Positions 41,327 through 54,654 of a stretch of 64,000 nt of DNA are shown here, in pieces. Source of the stretch: Octopus vulgaris (lineage: Eukaryota); assembly GCA_951406725.2 (NCBI GenBank), contig OX597817.1, positions 56,420,001 through 56,484,000 on the forward strand. Reading direction: 5' to 3'. The notes under the pieces were generated by a model, which saw nothing but the letters and a program-made list of their open reading frames with translations, searched no databases and had not been told where the DNA came from. The translations under genes and the position numbers were made by a program. The first letter of the stretch is position 1. Every line of letters starts with the position of its first letter.

Positions 41327-42093
41327 TATTCTTTTCTAGTCTAGGCACAAGGCCTGAAGTATTTGGAGAAGGGCCCAATTGATTAGATCTACCCCAGTAC
41401 GCAACTGGTACTTAATTTATCGACCCCGAAATGATGAAAGGCAAAGTCGACCTCGGCGGAATTTGAACTCAGAACGTAAAGACAAATGAAAAACCTATTT
41501 CTTTACTACCCACAAGGGGCTAAACACAGAGAGAACAAACAAGACAGACAAACGGATTAAGTCGATTATATCGACCCCAGTGCGTAACTGGTACTTATTT
41601 AATTGACCCCGAAAGGATGAAAGGCAAAGTCGACCTCGGCGGAATTTGAAGTCAGAACGTAGCGGCAGACGAAATACCTATTTCTTTTCTACCCACATGA
41701 GGCTAAACACGGAGAGGACAAACAAGGACAAACAAACGGATTAAGTCGATTATATCGACCCCAGTGCGTAACTGGTACTTATTTAATCGACCCCGAAAGG
41801 ATGAAAGGCAAAGTCGACCTCGGCGGAATTTGAAGTCAGAACGTAGCGGCAGACGAAATACCTATTTCTTTTCTACCCACATGAGGCTAAACACAGAGAG
41901 GACAAACAAGGACAAACAAACGGATTAAGTCGATTATATCGACCCCAGTGCGTAACTGGTACTTATTTAATCGACCCCGAAAGGATGAAAGGCAAAGTCG
42001 ACCTCGGCGGAATTTGAACTCAGAACGTAACGGCAGACGAAATACGGTTACGCATTTCGCCCGGCGTACTAACGTTTTTGCCAGCTCGCCACC
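41327..42093 (-). mobile_element. tandem array of SINE family B (one head, ~184 bp unit repeated)
   Basis: Unit boundaries (CCTATTTC) at 41494, 41677, 41861; head ...GCCAGCTCGCC at the right end. Confidence 0.92.
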
Positions 42094-42164
42094 TGTGGGT
42101 TGTATTATATTGGAAGATGAATGAGTTTATGGGGTGGGGGGTATTTGATGTACGTCCTAGTAAG

Positions 42165-42452
42165 TCATTTGTCACTCCATCGATTACGGCGACGAGAGTT
42201 CCACTTGACCCGATCAACGGAGCAAGCTGTTCATGATATTCAATGTGTTAGTGGCTGAGTACTCCACAGACACGCGTGTTCAGTGTGACACAGAATGTGA
42301 CAAGGTGGACTCACTGAAATAAAAGCACAACTCATCTTTGCTAGCTGAGTGGACATGAGCAGCCTGAAAGAAAGTGTTTTGCCGCCGGGAATCGACCTCG
42401 TGACCTTACGATTGTGAATCGAGTAGCTTAACCACTAAGCCACGCGCCTTCA
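42165..42452 (-). mobile_element. diverged tRNA-SINE
   Basis: TGGCTTAGTGG A box; body similar to 20740-20865. Confidence 0.7.
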
Positions 42453-42887
42453 CCCGATAACATATTTAACTACATCTGGTATTGAAGTTCAAACCGAGAG
42501 TTCAGGAATTATGGGGAGTGTGGAATTTGGCCCTTCGTTACCGCTATCATCAGAATCATTCTGGCCACGGATGTTAGTATCTGTCGAGGATCACAATTAT
42601 GGGGCAAATAGCGGACGCTCCTGTGATTACAGCATAGAGGAGTGGGAGGAGGGCTGGTTCACAGACATGTGTCACACAGGCCCACCTGTCTGTTGGCATT
42701 CTCTGTTTTGTCGTAAAGCGGCTAACAACCCACCCATTGTGTAAGGGTTAAACGAGTCCTCTAACTCAAGTATAAGCAGACAAATAAACAGGAAACCACT
42801 GGTCTAGCATTTGCAAGAAAAAACACGAATCTTCAAAATTTGGCACGGAGACACGTGATCGATACCGCTTATAGGTATGGCACATAG

Positions 42888-43136
42888 AGAGAGTGAGAGA
42901 GAGAGCAACAGCGAGAGAGAGAGAGAGATAGCAACAGCGAAGAGAGAGCAACAGCGAGAGAGAGAGAGAGAGCAACAGCGAGAGAGAGAGATAGCAACAG
43001 CGAAAGAGAGATAGCAACAGCGAGAGAGAGGGGGGAATAGCAACAGCGAAGAGAGAGCAACATCGAGAGAGAGATAGCAACAGCGAGAGAGAGAGCAACA
43101 GCGAGAGAGAGAGAGCAACAGCGAGAGAGAGAGAGC

Positions 43137-43197
<61 letters not shown>

Positions 43198-43496
43198 CAA
43201 CAGCGAAGAGAGAGCAACAGCGAGAGAGAGATAGCAACAGCGAGAGAGATATAGCAACAGCGAGAGAGAGAGAGAGAGAGAGCAACAGCGAGAGAGAGAT
43301 AGCAAAAGCGAGAGAGAGAGCAACAGCGAAAGAGAGAGATAGCAACAGCGAGAGAGATATAGCAACAGCGAGAGAGAGATAGCAAAAGCGAGAGAGAGAG
43401 CAACAGCGAAAGAGAGAGATAGCAACAGAGAGAGAGAGAGAGAGAGAGCAACAGCGAGAGAGAGATAGCAAAAGTGAGAGAAATAGAGCAACAGCG
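42888..43496. repeat. composite minisatellite (GA)n-AGCAACAGCG
   Basis: More than 25 copies of AGCAACAGCG separated by variable GA runs. Confidence 0.92.
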
Positions 43497-43834
43497 ACAG
43501 AGAGGGGGTGAAATAAAATGGGAGAGAAAGAAATAAAAATGTGGGAGAGAGGAAGAAGATAAGGACGATGTATTGTGTGAGTTGTGTTTTTCCATTGGCT
43601 TATTCACGGACACAAAATCTATTGTGTGGTCTGTGTTGTATCAATGGATTTCATCACGTACAACACATGCGTGTTGTGTGTTTTGGAGCAGAGACTCAAT
43701 TGTCTAAGTGAAACTTTATGGCAAAGAATTTCTTCCGTACATGGCTGCATTTTCGTGCAGAGATATAAGTCCTTGCATGTTTTTATACATATATTTTTTT
43801 ATTCGCGTTTTTCTTCACCATATCTTATGATCCA

Positions 43835-43886
43835 ATTATCATTATTATTATTATTATTATTATTATCATTATTATTATTATTATTA

Positions 43887-43956
<70 letters not shown>

Positions 43957-44001
43957 TACTACTACTAATAATAATAATAATGATAATAATAATAATAATA
44001 C

Positions 44002-44037
<36 letters not shown>

Positions 44038-44147
44038 CATTATTATTATTATTACTTTTCTTATTATTATTATTATTATCATTATTATTATTATTATTAT
44101 TATTGTTATTATTATTATTACTTTTATTATTATTATTATCATTATTA

Positions 44148-44202
<55 letters not shown>

Positions 44203-44215
44203 CATCATCATCACC
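43835..44215. repeat. (TTA)n microsatellite with an internal (TAA)n block
   Basis: Directly visible. Confidence 0.95.
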
Positions 44216-44492
44216 ATGACGAGAAAAATCCATTAAAAACCTTCCCAACAGTCTTTTAAGAACAACGTTGGTAACATGTCCAAGGAAATGGTGGAACGAA
44301 GTAAGACGCTGTCAAAATGACGACTCTTCCATTAACTACAGAATCGCCATTACCAGCAAAACTTTCTCTTGTAATCTTCTCTCTTTATTCTTAATTTGGT
44401 GACATAACGACCTGCCCCCGCCACTGCTACACCCACAATCCATTCCTCTAACATCCCCTATCTCCTGCCTTCTTCTCTTTCTTTTTGTCTTC

Positions 44493-44548
<56 letters not shown>

Positions 44549-45155
44549 CTCTCTCTATCGTCTTTATATTTCTTGTATATTTTTCTCTCTCTTTTCATTT
44601 CTCCTCTTCTGCTTTTCACCTTCTCTCTATTTCTCATCATCATCATCGTCGTCGTCATCATCATCATCATCATCAATATCGTTAGCATCATTTGAACGAT
44701 CATGGCCCTCACACATTTTCTAATTTTCTCCCTCTCACTCTCTCTCTCTCTCTTTCTCTCTTTCTCTCTTTCTCTCTCCTTCTCTCTTCTCTCTCTCTCT
44801 CAATCACTCACTCTCTTATCCTTTTACCTCTTTACCGTCCTCTCCCTAACATTCTTATCTCGGAACAAAACACGATAAACAATTGATCTTTCTAATAATG
44901 ATGATGATGATGATGATGATTGTCCATTTTTTTTATTTGCCAGAAGGGTGAGGGATGAGGTAGGCATTGCAAGTGCAACTACATAAATATTTGGAGCTTT
45001 ACATAGAATCGAGAAGAAGAAGAAGAAGAAGAAGAAGAAGAAGAGGAGGAGGAGGAGGAAGAGAAGGAGGAGGAGGAGGAGAACAACTACAGCAACAAAA
45101 AGTGCAAAAATAAGACAAATATATAGATAGACCCACAGACAGACAGACAGACAGG

Positions 45156-45261
<106 letters not shown>

Positions 45262-45701
45262 TAGAGAGAGAGAGATGAAGGAAGCAGGCACGACAGAAAA
45301 AATAGAAATCCAATGAAAGACGGTAGGACGAATAACGGAAAAAGAGACACGAGAAAGGCGAAGAGGCAACAAAATTCGAACGTTCGCCATGAGAAGTGCA
45401 ATGGGAAAGAAGAGTTGTGTGACTTGATGCCAGCACTTAACTCATTAAGTCGCTTCCACAGGGGACTAATGTCATCTATCACCGGTCACGAGTTCTACCA
45501 TTGACCAGATTACTTCTACTCTACATCTACTCCTCCTCCTCCAACCACCCGCCCACTCTTTACTCTTACGCTCTCTTTTTCTTTTTTTCTTTCTTTTTTT
45601 CTCTTTCCTCTATTTTCTAGCGACATTCTTCCCATTATTGTTGTTATTGCCGTTGTGATTTTGTTGTTGTTGTTGTTGTTGTCGTTTTATCTTTTATGGT
45701 T

Positions 45702-46105
45702 TATTCTTTTACTTGTCTCGGCCATTGGACTGCGGCCATGCTGGGGCACCGCCTTGAAGAATTTTTAGTCGAATGAGTCGAAACCAACGCTTATGTTCTT
45801 TTTAGCTTTTGTTTTTGTTTTTGTTTTTAAGCCTAGTACTTATTCTATTGGCCACTTTTGCCGAGCTACTATGTTACGGAGGCATAAACACACCAACACC
45901 GGTTCTCAAGCGGTGAAGGCGACAAACACACACACACACATATACAAATGGGCTTTTTTTCAGTTTCCAACTACCAAATCCACCGCCAAGGCTTTGGTCG
46001 GACCGAGGCTATAGTAGAAGACACTTGCCCAAAGTGCTACGCAGTGGGACTGAACCCGGAACCATGTGGTTGGGAAGCAAGCTTTTTACCACACAGCCAC
46101 TCCTG
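45702..46105 (-). mobile_element. SINE family A
   Basis: Family match. Confidence 0.85.
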
Positions 46106-46379
46106 TGATTTTTCTTATTATTGTTGCTGTTGTTGTTGTTGCTTTTGGTGCTCGTTTAGAAGAATTGTTGGTGCGTCGGACAAATTGCTTTCGGAATTTC
46201 TTCCGGCTCCTTTAGTTCTGAATTTAGATGCTGCTGAACCAAAAATATGTAACGTACAACAGGGAGTCTTCTACTCGAAATACAAGTAACCACTGGTCTT
46301 ACCTAAGGCAAAGCGCAGTTCTATGTACGAGAGAATGAAGAATATTTATGATAATGGTGCTCACCCGTTCGCCATATTT

Positions 46380-46445
46380 GGTGTTGGTACATGCGTGTGA
46401 TAGAGTCCCAGACAGTGTTTCCATTATTTTGTCCAACCCCTGTAT
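46380..46445 (-). mobile_element. possible Tc1-like terminus
   Basis: Minus strand TA|CAGGGGTTGGACAAAATAATGGAAAC; no partner TIR seen. Confidence 0.35.
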
Positions 46446-46534
46446 ATATATATGCCATTAGTTAATTTTTTTCATTTTTCAAACTGAAACAAAACAGTAA
46501 GATGAAAAATAACGTTTATTGTTGTTTACTTCTA

Positions 46535-46820
46535 TTCCATATATATATATATATTGTTGTATTCAGTGCTCAGGTGCGCTACAAGACAATAAGAAAACAA
46601 GCTGTGGGGGAAGCCATCAGGTGTACTTTTGGCGGATTTCAGGAAGCATGGGAATTTTGAAGAGTGCAGTATCTCGACAGTATAACGAAATGATGCGGGT
46701 AGTTTATTCCATGCTTTAGCAATTCTGAGCGTGATAAAATGTTTCTGAAAGTCATGGGTGCTGAGTTGTGGTTTTGATTTTGTAAGCATGTCCACGAGTG
46801 TTAGAGACATGGAATTCAAA
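46535..46820 (-). pseudogene. CR1/L2-type LINE 3' fragment
   Basis: TRGHAYKIK / STHDFQKHFITLRIAKAWNKLPAS. Confidence 0.75.
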
Positions 46821-46844
46821 AAGGTGCCCACGGTTGTTGTTGGA

Positions 46845-47033
46845 AAGACGGTGGAGTGAGAGAAAGTTGGAGCGAAAGAGTACAACAGGGGTCGCCACCA
46901 CCCCCTGCCGGAGCCTCGTGGAGCTTTAGGTGTTTTCGCTCAATAAACACAAACAACGTCCGGTCTGGGAATCGAAACCGCGATCCTACGACCGCGATTC
47001 CGGTGCCCTAACCACTGTGCAATTGCGCCTCCA
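46845..47033 (-). mobile_element. SINE family D head
   Basis: Matches the 20541 head; GGTTTCGATTCC B box. Confidence 0.8.
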
Positions 47034-47454
47034 CTGTTGTTGCTGCTGTTATATTTAGTAATTTTGTAATTGTTGTTTCTCCTAATAGCATTGTTTAACC
47101 CCAGGTCATCCTTGACTGAGTAAAACTATGATGAACTGTAATACAGCCATGAATACCATTTACTCATTTCTAGAATCGTACTTCTTGGAGTACATTGACC
47201 AATGTTTCCTTTTTCTTGCAGCTCCAGCAACTACTAGCTGGTTCCCTGGTGGTTTTTATTTGTAGTGATGTTACCAGCGGGGGCAGTAGTAGCAACAGCA
47301 GTAGTAATAACAGTAGTGGTGGTGGTGGTGCTGGTGGTTGCGGTGTGTTTGATTGAGTTAACTATAGTGGTACAACGACTTGAGCGCACGTGTTCCAACT
47401 ATTGTTAAGATATAAAGTTGTTCTTAGCCTTGTGCTGGAGGTTTTGAAGGTGAG

Positions 47455-48480
47455 GTGGGTGGTGGTGGTTGTGGTGGTGGTGGTTGTGGTGGTGGTGGTG
47501 GTGGTGGTTGTGGTTGTGGTGGTGGTGGTTGTGGTTGTGGTGCTGCTGGTGGTAGTGGTGGTGGTTGTGGTTGTGGCGCTGTTGGTGGTTGTGGTGGTGG
47601 TGGTGGTGGTGGTGGTGGTGGTGGTGGTGGTTGTGGCGGTGTTGGTGGTTGTGGCTGTGGTGGTGGTGGTAGTGGTTAGTTAGTTAGTTAGTTAATTTTT
47701 GGGCTCAAAAAGCAAAAAGCAAGGCCATGTAGGGGGACATGGAGATATGTACAGGGTGGTGTTCATGTAAAGAGTTCAGGCCACATGTGATCAAGGGAGA
47801 CTTTGAACCGAGCGGTCGTCGGCATCTTCACCATCTCGTCTGGTACCTTATTCCACGGATCCGCAACCCGGACGGAGAAAGCCCCTCTCCTTCGATTGAG
47901 ATGAAATCGTCGCAGATAGAGCTTTTCGGAGTGACCCCGCGGCCGACGCTCTGGAGCAGGAGTGAAGAACAGCTCTTTCGAGAGGTTACACTTTCCGCTT
48001 ATGATGTTGTGAGCAAGAATGAGATCACCACGGCGTCGTCGTTTTTCTAGAGAATAAAGGTCGAGCGTCTTCAGCCTTTCTTCATAAGACAAATGGTTGT
48101 GGTTGTGGTGGTGGTGTTGGTAGCGGTGGTGTTGGTTGTGGTTGTGGTGGTGGTAGTGGTGATTGTGGTGGTGGTTGTAGTGTTGGTTGGTGGTGGTGGT
48201 GGTTGTGGTGGTGGTGGTGGTGGTGGTGGTGGTGGTGGTGGTGGTGGTGGTGGTTGTGGTGGTGGTGTTGGTAGTGGTGATGTTGGTTGTGGTTGTGGTG
48301 GTGGTGGTGATTGTGGTGGTGGTTGTAGTGTTGGTTGTGGTGGTGTTGGTGGTTGTGGTTGTGGTGGTGTGGGTTGTGGTGGTGATAGTGGATGAGATGG
48401 TGGTGGTGGTGGTGGTGGTTGTGGTGGTAGTAGTAATTGTGGTGCCAGTGGTGATGGCGATGGTAATGGTGATGGAGGCG
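47455..48480. repeat. (GGT/GTT)n array interrupted by a CR1
   Basis: Same repeat on both sides of 47675-48093. Confidence 0.9.
47675..48093 (-). mobile_element. 5'-truncated CR1-type LINE with (TAAC)n tail
   Basis: Open frame SYEERLKTLDLYSLEKRRRRGDLI...RGHSEKL...FSVRVADPWNKVP. Confidence 0.92.
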
Positions 48481-48847
48481 GCGGTATAGATATTCTGTTG
48501 TTATAGTTGTAGTAATATTTTGTCCTGTTGTTTTTGCTGTTGTTATTGGTGTAGTTTTTGTTGACGTTGTATTTGTTATTGTTATTGTTATTGTTGGTGT
48601 TGTTGTTGTAGAATCAGTAATGGTCAAACCGATCGTCCTGTTCTGGTGTCATTTTAATTCCCAATCAACAACGGATTTTGTTTTGTTTTGTTTTTGTTTC
48701 TTTCTTGTTTCAATCTCATGTCAGACACGTCCCTGTTGAAATGCTGTCAACATGAATCTCACGAAACATTGACTCGGCGATGCTGAGATGGAGGTGGGGG
48801 GGAGGGGGCACTGGCTGGTTGACTGGTTGGCTGGCTGGCTGGCCGGT

Positions 48848-48890
<43 letters not shown>

Positions 48891-48990
48891 TCTGTTGGTT
48901 CATCGGGTGGCTGGATAACTGGTTGTGTTGGTGAATAGTTCTTTGGTTGCTTGGCTAGGTGGTTGTGTAGCATTTGGGTTGGTTGTCTGG

Positions 48991-49252
48991 AGATGGATGG
49001 ATGGATGGCTGGATGGATGGATGGATGGCTGGATGGATGGATGGATGGATGGATGGATGGATGGATGGATGGATGGATGGATGGATGGATGGATGGATGG
49101 ATGGATGGATGGATGGATGGATGGATGGATGGATGGATGGATGGATGGATGGATGGATGGATGGATGGATGGATGGACGGATGGATGGACAGATGGATGG
49201 ATGGATGGATGGATGGACAGATGGATAGACGGATGGATGGACGGACGGATGA
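48991..49252. repeat. (GATG)n microsatellite
   Basis: Directly visible. Confidence 0.95.
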
Positions 49253-49581
49253 TTAAGTGTGTGTGGTTGAGTGGGTGGTTGTCTGGATGGTTGGGTGGCT
49301 GGTTATATAATTGACTAGGTTACTGGATGGTCGGATGGGTAGATAACTGGGTGGTTGATTGTATATTGGGACAGTTTGGTGATTGATTATTTATCAATCT
49401 ATATATATATATATATCTACCTATCTATCTATACACACACACATGTCCATCCATCAGTCTATCTATGTATTTATTTGTCTGTTTGTCTGTATCTTTGTAT
49501 ATGCATCTATCTATCAATCTACTTATGCCTATCCATTTATCTATCCATCTCTCTCTCCCTCTCTATCTCTCTTATATTTAT

Positions 49582-49616
<35 letters not shown>

Positions 49617-49685
49617 GTACATATATGTGTGTATATATGCATATATATATATATTATTTATATTATTATATGATTTCCAAGTTTA

Positions 49686-49773
<88 letters not shown>

Positions 49774-50612
49774 TCCATCTATCTCTCTATCAATGTATAT
49801 ATCTCTCTATCTATATGTCTATTTATCTGTCAGTCTATCTATCTATCTATGTATCTATCCATCCATTTATCTATCTAGAAATTTGTCTTTCTCTGCGTCT
49901 CATTCATTCTGAAATCTCATTCTTTTTCTGCCTTCTCTACTCTTTCTCTACTCTGTTCTTCCATCTTATCTTTACCTCTCCTTCTCTCACTCTCTTCCTA
50001 TCTTCACCACACTCTCTCTCTCCCTCTCTTTCTCTCTCCCTCTCTTTCTCTCTCCCTCTCTCTATCTTTTTCCCCTGTGTTCTTCCATTCTTCTCTCTGA
50101 TGAACATCGTTATGTTGCAGACTTTTAACCTACCCCTCCACCGCCCCCCTGTAAATCCACGGAGGTGACTAATCTAGAAACAAGTCAAATGTTACAACTA
50201 ATCTTGATTCCTGTTTTTATATTTTTTTCGTTTCGTTTTCCCATCCATTTCTGTGTCGCTTGTAATTTTCTACTGCTTCTACGGTTTTGCTTTGTTGTCA
50301 TCTTGTTTATATCGTTGTTGTCATTGTTATTATTGGTATTTTTTCTGTATTCCCCTCGGACGTGTGACCAAAAGAACGAAGAACGAGATTAAACGGAGAC
50401 GGGTTTAGCTAAAAGGAAATTACACGAACTGAGAACAGTTCAATCAAAATGGGGAAAGCAATAAGTTCAGATGTGCTTTTCTCACATGTGACTTTTAAGA
50501 GGAACCACTGAGCCTAGAAGATGAGCCGAGTTACTAAATGAAGCTTCTAATTGAAGACGTGAAGGTGAGACAATGATTTAGTTACTTTGAGAATGACATA
50601 TACATGTATGTG

Positions 50613-50665
<53 letters not shown>

Positions 50666-50759
50666 ATACATATATATATATATATACACACATATACATA
50701 TATGTATATATATTTGTGTGTGTGTATATATATGTATATACATGCATATATGTGTATCA

Positions 50760-50817
<58 letters not shown>

Positions 50818-51130
50818 ATGTATGTATGTATGTATGTATGTATGTATGTATGTATGTATGTATGTATAAGTTTGTTGAGTTAGAGGTTACAATAACCGTC
50901 TAAGGGATAGAAGTATCCATTACACTACCCGTATATTACCTATGTTTAACCATGTGCATACATATGCAAATATATTATGCTCATTAATTATAGGTAAAGA
51001 CAAGGATAAACATGAGTTTATCAAGAATCAAAATTTAAAGAAGACAAAATAATTGAGAAATATCAATGAACAACAATTGACTTACATCAATTATAATTTT
51101 TTAATTCAATACAAATAGACTGCATCCCGT

Positions 51131-51239
51131 CTAACAGCTGTTTCTGCTTCAGGTGCTGCATGGTATTGCCACTGATATGCTCAAAATATTTATTATATTT
51201 GGTAATGAAACTGATCAGAAACATTGAGCTTCATCAGAG
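51131..51239 (-). ncRNA. hammerhead motif with long stem II insertion
   Basis: ct-CTGATGA-agct...(~80 nt)...agca-GAAAC-AGCT-GTT-ag. Confidence 0.5.
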
Positions 51240-51404
51240 TGAAGAATAAATAAAGAAGAAGAGCATGAGGAAGAAAAAGGGAAAAGTTGAATATGGTTGT
51301 AATGAAACAATTTTGCTTGTGTATCTCTTTGGGATGTTAAGTAAATGACTAAACCAGAAATAGCAATTGGTGGATTAATTCTTTGTACGGTGGGGATAGG
51401 ATTT

Positions 51405-52076
51405 CGTACACAATCCATTTTTAGTCTTGTCACAAGTTGTTTCAGAAAAGGCGTGTTTTCATTCCGCTTCAAAGGCATATCACAAGCGGAATACCGTTCC
51501 AAGCAATTATTTTCTGAGAGCTTGTGAGAGGTCCATACATTATAGCGAGAAATGTACCCTAGCTTCACTAAGTGTTCATGAGCGTACTTTGAAATAGAAA
51601 ATCCTCTGCAAGTTCTCTGGTCGTGATATTTGAGTTTCCTTTGATTTTTCCCTTCAAACATCTTCATCCAAATTTTAAAAGTCTTCCGCTGCGACTGTCA
51701 TCTTCCAAGCTAAACTCTCCAAGCTTTAAATTTTGCAAGCCCCCTTCGAACAGTTGATTCACCTACAGCATCATCATCATCACCATAAACTTCGTAAATG
51801 ATTTTACAAGTCTTTGCAGCATTTTCTCCTTTTTTTAAAAAAAAAAAAAAAAGAAAAGCATTACAATGCGAATAGGAAATTTTTGTTTATCCATTTCAAA
51901 TGTTAATAAAGGAAAACCGGAATGAAAGATAAATTTATTTTTAGTCAGGAACAAAAGAAGAGACGCACTGCCACTTCAAACAACGCCAAAGTTTTAAGTG
52001 AGTTACGTTTCAGGTGTGTTCAATGAAGCGTTAAAGACTCTGCTTAAATACGTTCTGGCCGTTCTGGACAACCTGA
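51405..52076 (-). mobile_element. mariner 5' half, degenerate
   Basis: MDKQKFPIRIVML start; HLVKLGYISRYNVWTSHKLSE; LKRNENTPFLKQLVT; KWIVY; TA|TCAGGTTGTCC end. Confidence 0.85.
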
Positions 52077-52085
52077 TAGATATAC

Positions 52086-52116
<31 letters not shown>

Positions 52117-52251
52117 TGTATGTATGTATGTATGTATGTACGTACGTATGTATGTATGTACGTACGCATGTATGTATGTATGTATGTATGAATGTATGAA
52201 GGCATGTATGTATGTATGTATGTACGCACGTATTTATGTATGATAGATAGG

Positions 52252-52313
<62 letters not shown>

Positions 52314-52528
52314 TGTATATACACAGATATAACGGTATATGTATAACTTTTTTAATTAATAAATAATAATTTATTAATTGTCTCCCTATTTTCTTATCAA
52401 TTTATAATAAATAAAGATATATACAAACCACGGTTTATTTAGTTACCTTACAGTTGAGTATTTACTGTAATGCTCAACATTCTTTGTATAGGTAACTAAC
52501 CAACGAGGCTTGTAACTTTTGTTTGTAC

Positions 52529-52584
<56 letters not shown>

Positions 52585-52666
52585 CAATTGCAGCGTGGAA
52601 GGTGTTTATAAGCCATTTAAGAAACACACAAAAACCGTTAAATTCACTTCAACATTTAAATTTAAT

Positions 52667-52710
52667 TTGTCAAAACACAGATTTTCAGACCGCGACCTGT
52701 TCACTGACAA
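52667..52710 (-). ncRNA. hammerhead variant with G3-C8 swap
   Basis: ttgtca-GTGAACA-ggtcgcggtct-GAAA-atctgtgt-TT-tgacaa. Confidence 0.5.
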
Positions 52711-53006
52711 AACTTCGTACTGCATCTTGTCAGTGAACAGGTCGCGGTCTCAAAGGCGGTGCTCCAGCATGGCCGCAGTCGAAAATGACCGAAACAAGTC
52801 AATGAAATATATGAATAACGATGAGACTATCAATTATATACGTTGACAGTCCGGTCAGGTTGTCGCAGTGGACACGTGACAATCAACCAATCAATCGATA
52901 CAATTCGAATGATGTTGTTGCTGTTGTTGTTGTTGTTTTACTCTAATCCAAGTGAGGAAGATTAGCAGCGAGGCATTATGTCACGTACATGTGTGTGTGT
53001 GTGCGC

Positions 53007-53066
<60 letters not shown>

Positions 53067-53259
53067 GTAGGAGAGTGTCTCCTGACACTGCCACAACCAA
53101 TGTAGAATTTGTCATGATTTATCTAAAGGCGTTATTCTCGTTTTATTTCGTTTTCTGTTTGGGTTTTTGTATGTGAAAGGACAGTGCATGAATTTCTTAT
53201 GTATGTACATATGTGTGTATATATACGCAGAACCATATTCTTACATGTATGTGTGGATG

Positions 53260-53304
<45 letters not shown>

Positions 53305-53460
53305 GTATTTATATATGATTTATAGGTATGTATATATGTACGTATGTATGTATGTATGTATGTATGTATGTATGTATGTATGTATATGTGTGTCTGTATT
53401 TATGTAAGCAGCAACTGACATATACGACCAGTTTGCAACACTTTTATACATAAGTACATA

Positions 53461-53626
<166 letters not shown>

Positions 53627-54530
53627 ATATATTATATATATATATACATACATATATACATACATATGTGTGCGTGCCTCTGTGTGTGTGTGTATGCCTT
53701 TGCGTCTGTGTGTATATATATATACATACAAATATCCGTATAAACATGAATATGTACATGCATGAATACCGATGTATTTGTCAATATATTTCTTCTTGTG
53801 AGCGATGTGCGATGTTCTTCTCTCCGTCGCAACGGAGAGATAGAGTGATGTCCCTGATTGTCTTCCATTGTTGGGAAATGCAACACCAGAACGTATTTTA
53901 TTGCAAGTTTATATTCCTTGAATCGTAACTCCATGTTTTACGTTACCGATCGTTCAAACGATTGGTGTTTGGAAACAGCGTATCAGAATTTCAGCAGGAA
54001 TTTTTACCTAAACGATCAGTCAAGAATGCATCGACTTTTAGTTGGTTGCAGGAAACGAGTTTGAATTGGTGGCATGCATTCAGCTAATCAATGATCATAT
54101 GCAGAACAAGTTATTTTCCCATTTACTCACGTGCGAGAAACACATTTTCTATTTGCTTTCCATATAATATCTATAAATTCATGGAAGGGAAAGTGGCATT
54201 ATTAATAATTATGCCACTGACTAAAAAAACTTCCTATCTGACTAAAAAACTTACTATACCTGTCTACATCCTTTTTGGGAACCATTAAGAAAAGACAAAC
54301 CCATGACCTGAAACTGATACTCCCAAATATACACACCTACTTATAACGTTCTACGGACATGAATAAGATCTGAACAATAACCTAACACCAAACTTAATAG
54401 AAATTTTTCCAAAACACCTCTCCATCTCAACCCACACTACAACTTAATTACCACTCCACTGATACTCCCACCCGCAAAGAAGACTTTAACTCCACAAAGA
54501 CTTATGAAGCCAAGATTAATTTCAATGTAC

Positions 54531-54577
54531 GACAGTCAGACGATGGCTTAGCTCTCCAGAACTTCGAAGTCACTGTC
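54531..54577 (+). ncRNA. degenerate hammerhead motif (same family as 39210)
   Basis: gacagt-CAGACGA-tgg..cca-GAAC-TTCGAA-GTC-actgtc. Confidence 0.6.
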
Positions 54578-54594
54578 CTTAATAGTCTTATTTA

Positions 54595-54651
<57 letters not shown>

Positions 54652-54654
54652 TAT

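Noticed and set aside
42511-42744. 77-aa ORF in unique sequence
   Set aside because: No recognisable domain or splice signals; length is within chance expectation.
42888-43496. CRISPR-like repeat-spacer appearance
   Set aside because: The repeat is 10 bp, spacers are plain GA runs, there are no cas genes and the context is eukaryotic.
50095-50125. CTGATGA followed by a hairpin
   Set aside because: No GAAA after the hairpin (GCAGAC) and no stem I/III.
53819-53840. Perfect 9-bp hairpin TCTCTCCGT-CGCA-ACGGAGAGA
   Set aside because: Isolated, partly CT/GA low complexity, and has no U-tract or other context.
54240-54430. Possible PLE endonuclease remnant upstream of the 54531 hammerhead
   Set aside because: Only vague resemblance (LSTSF, DLNN) with multiple stops.
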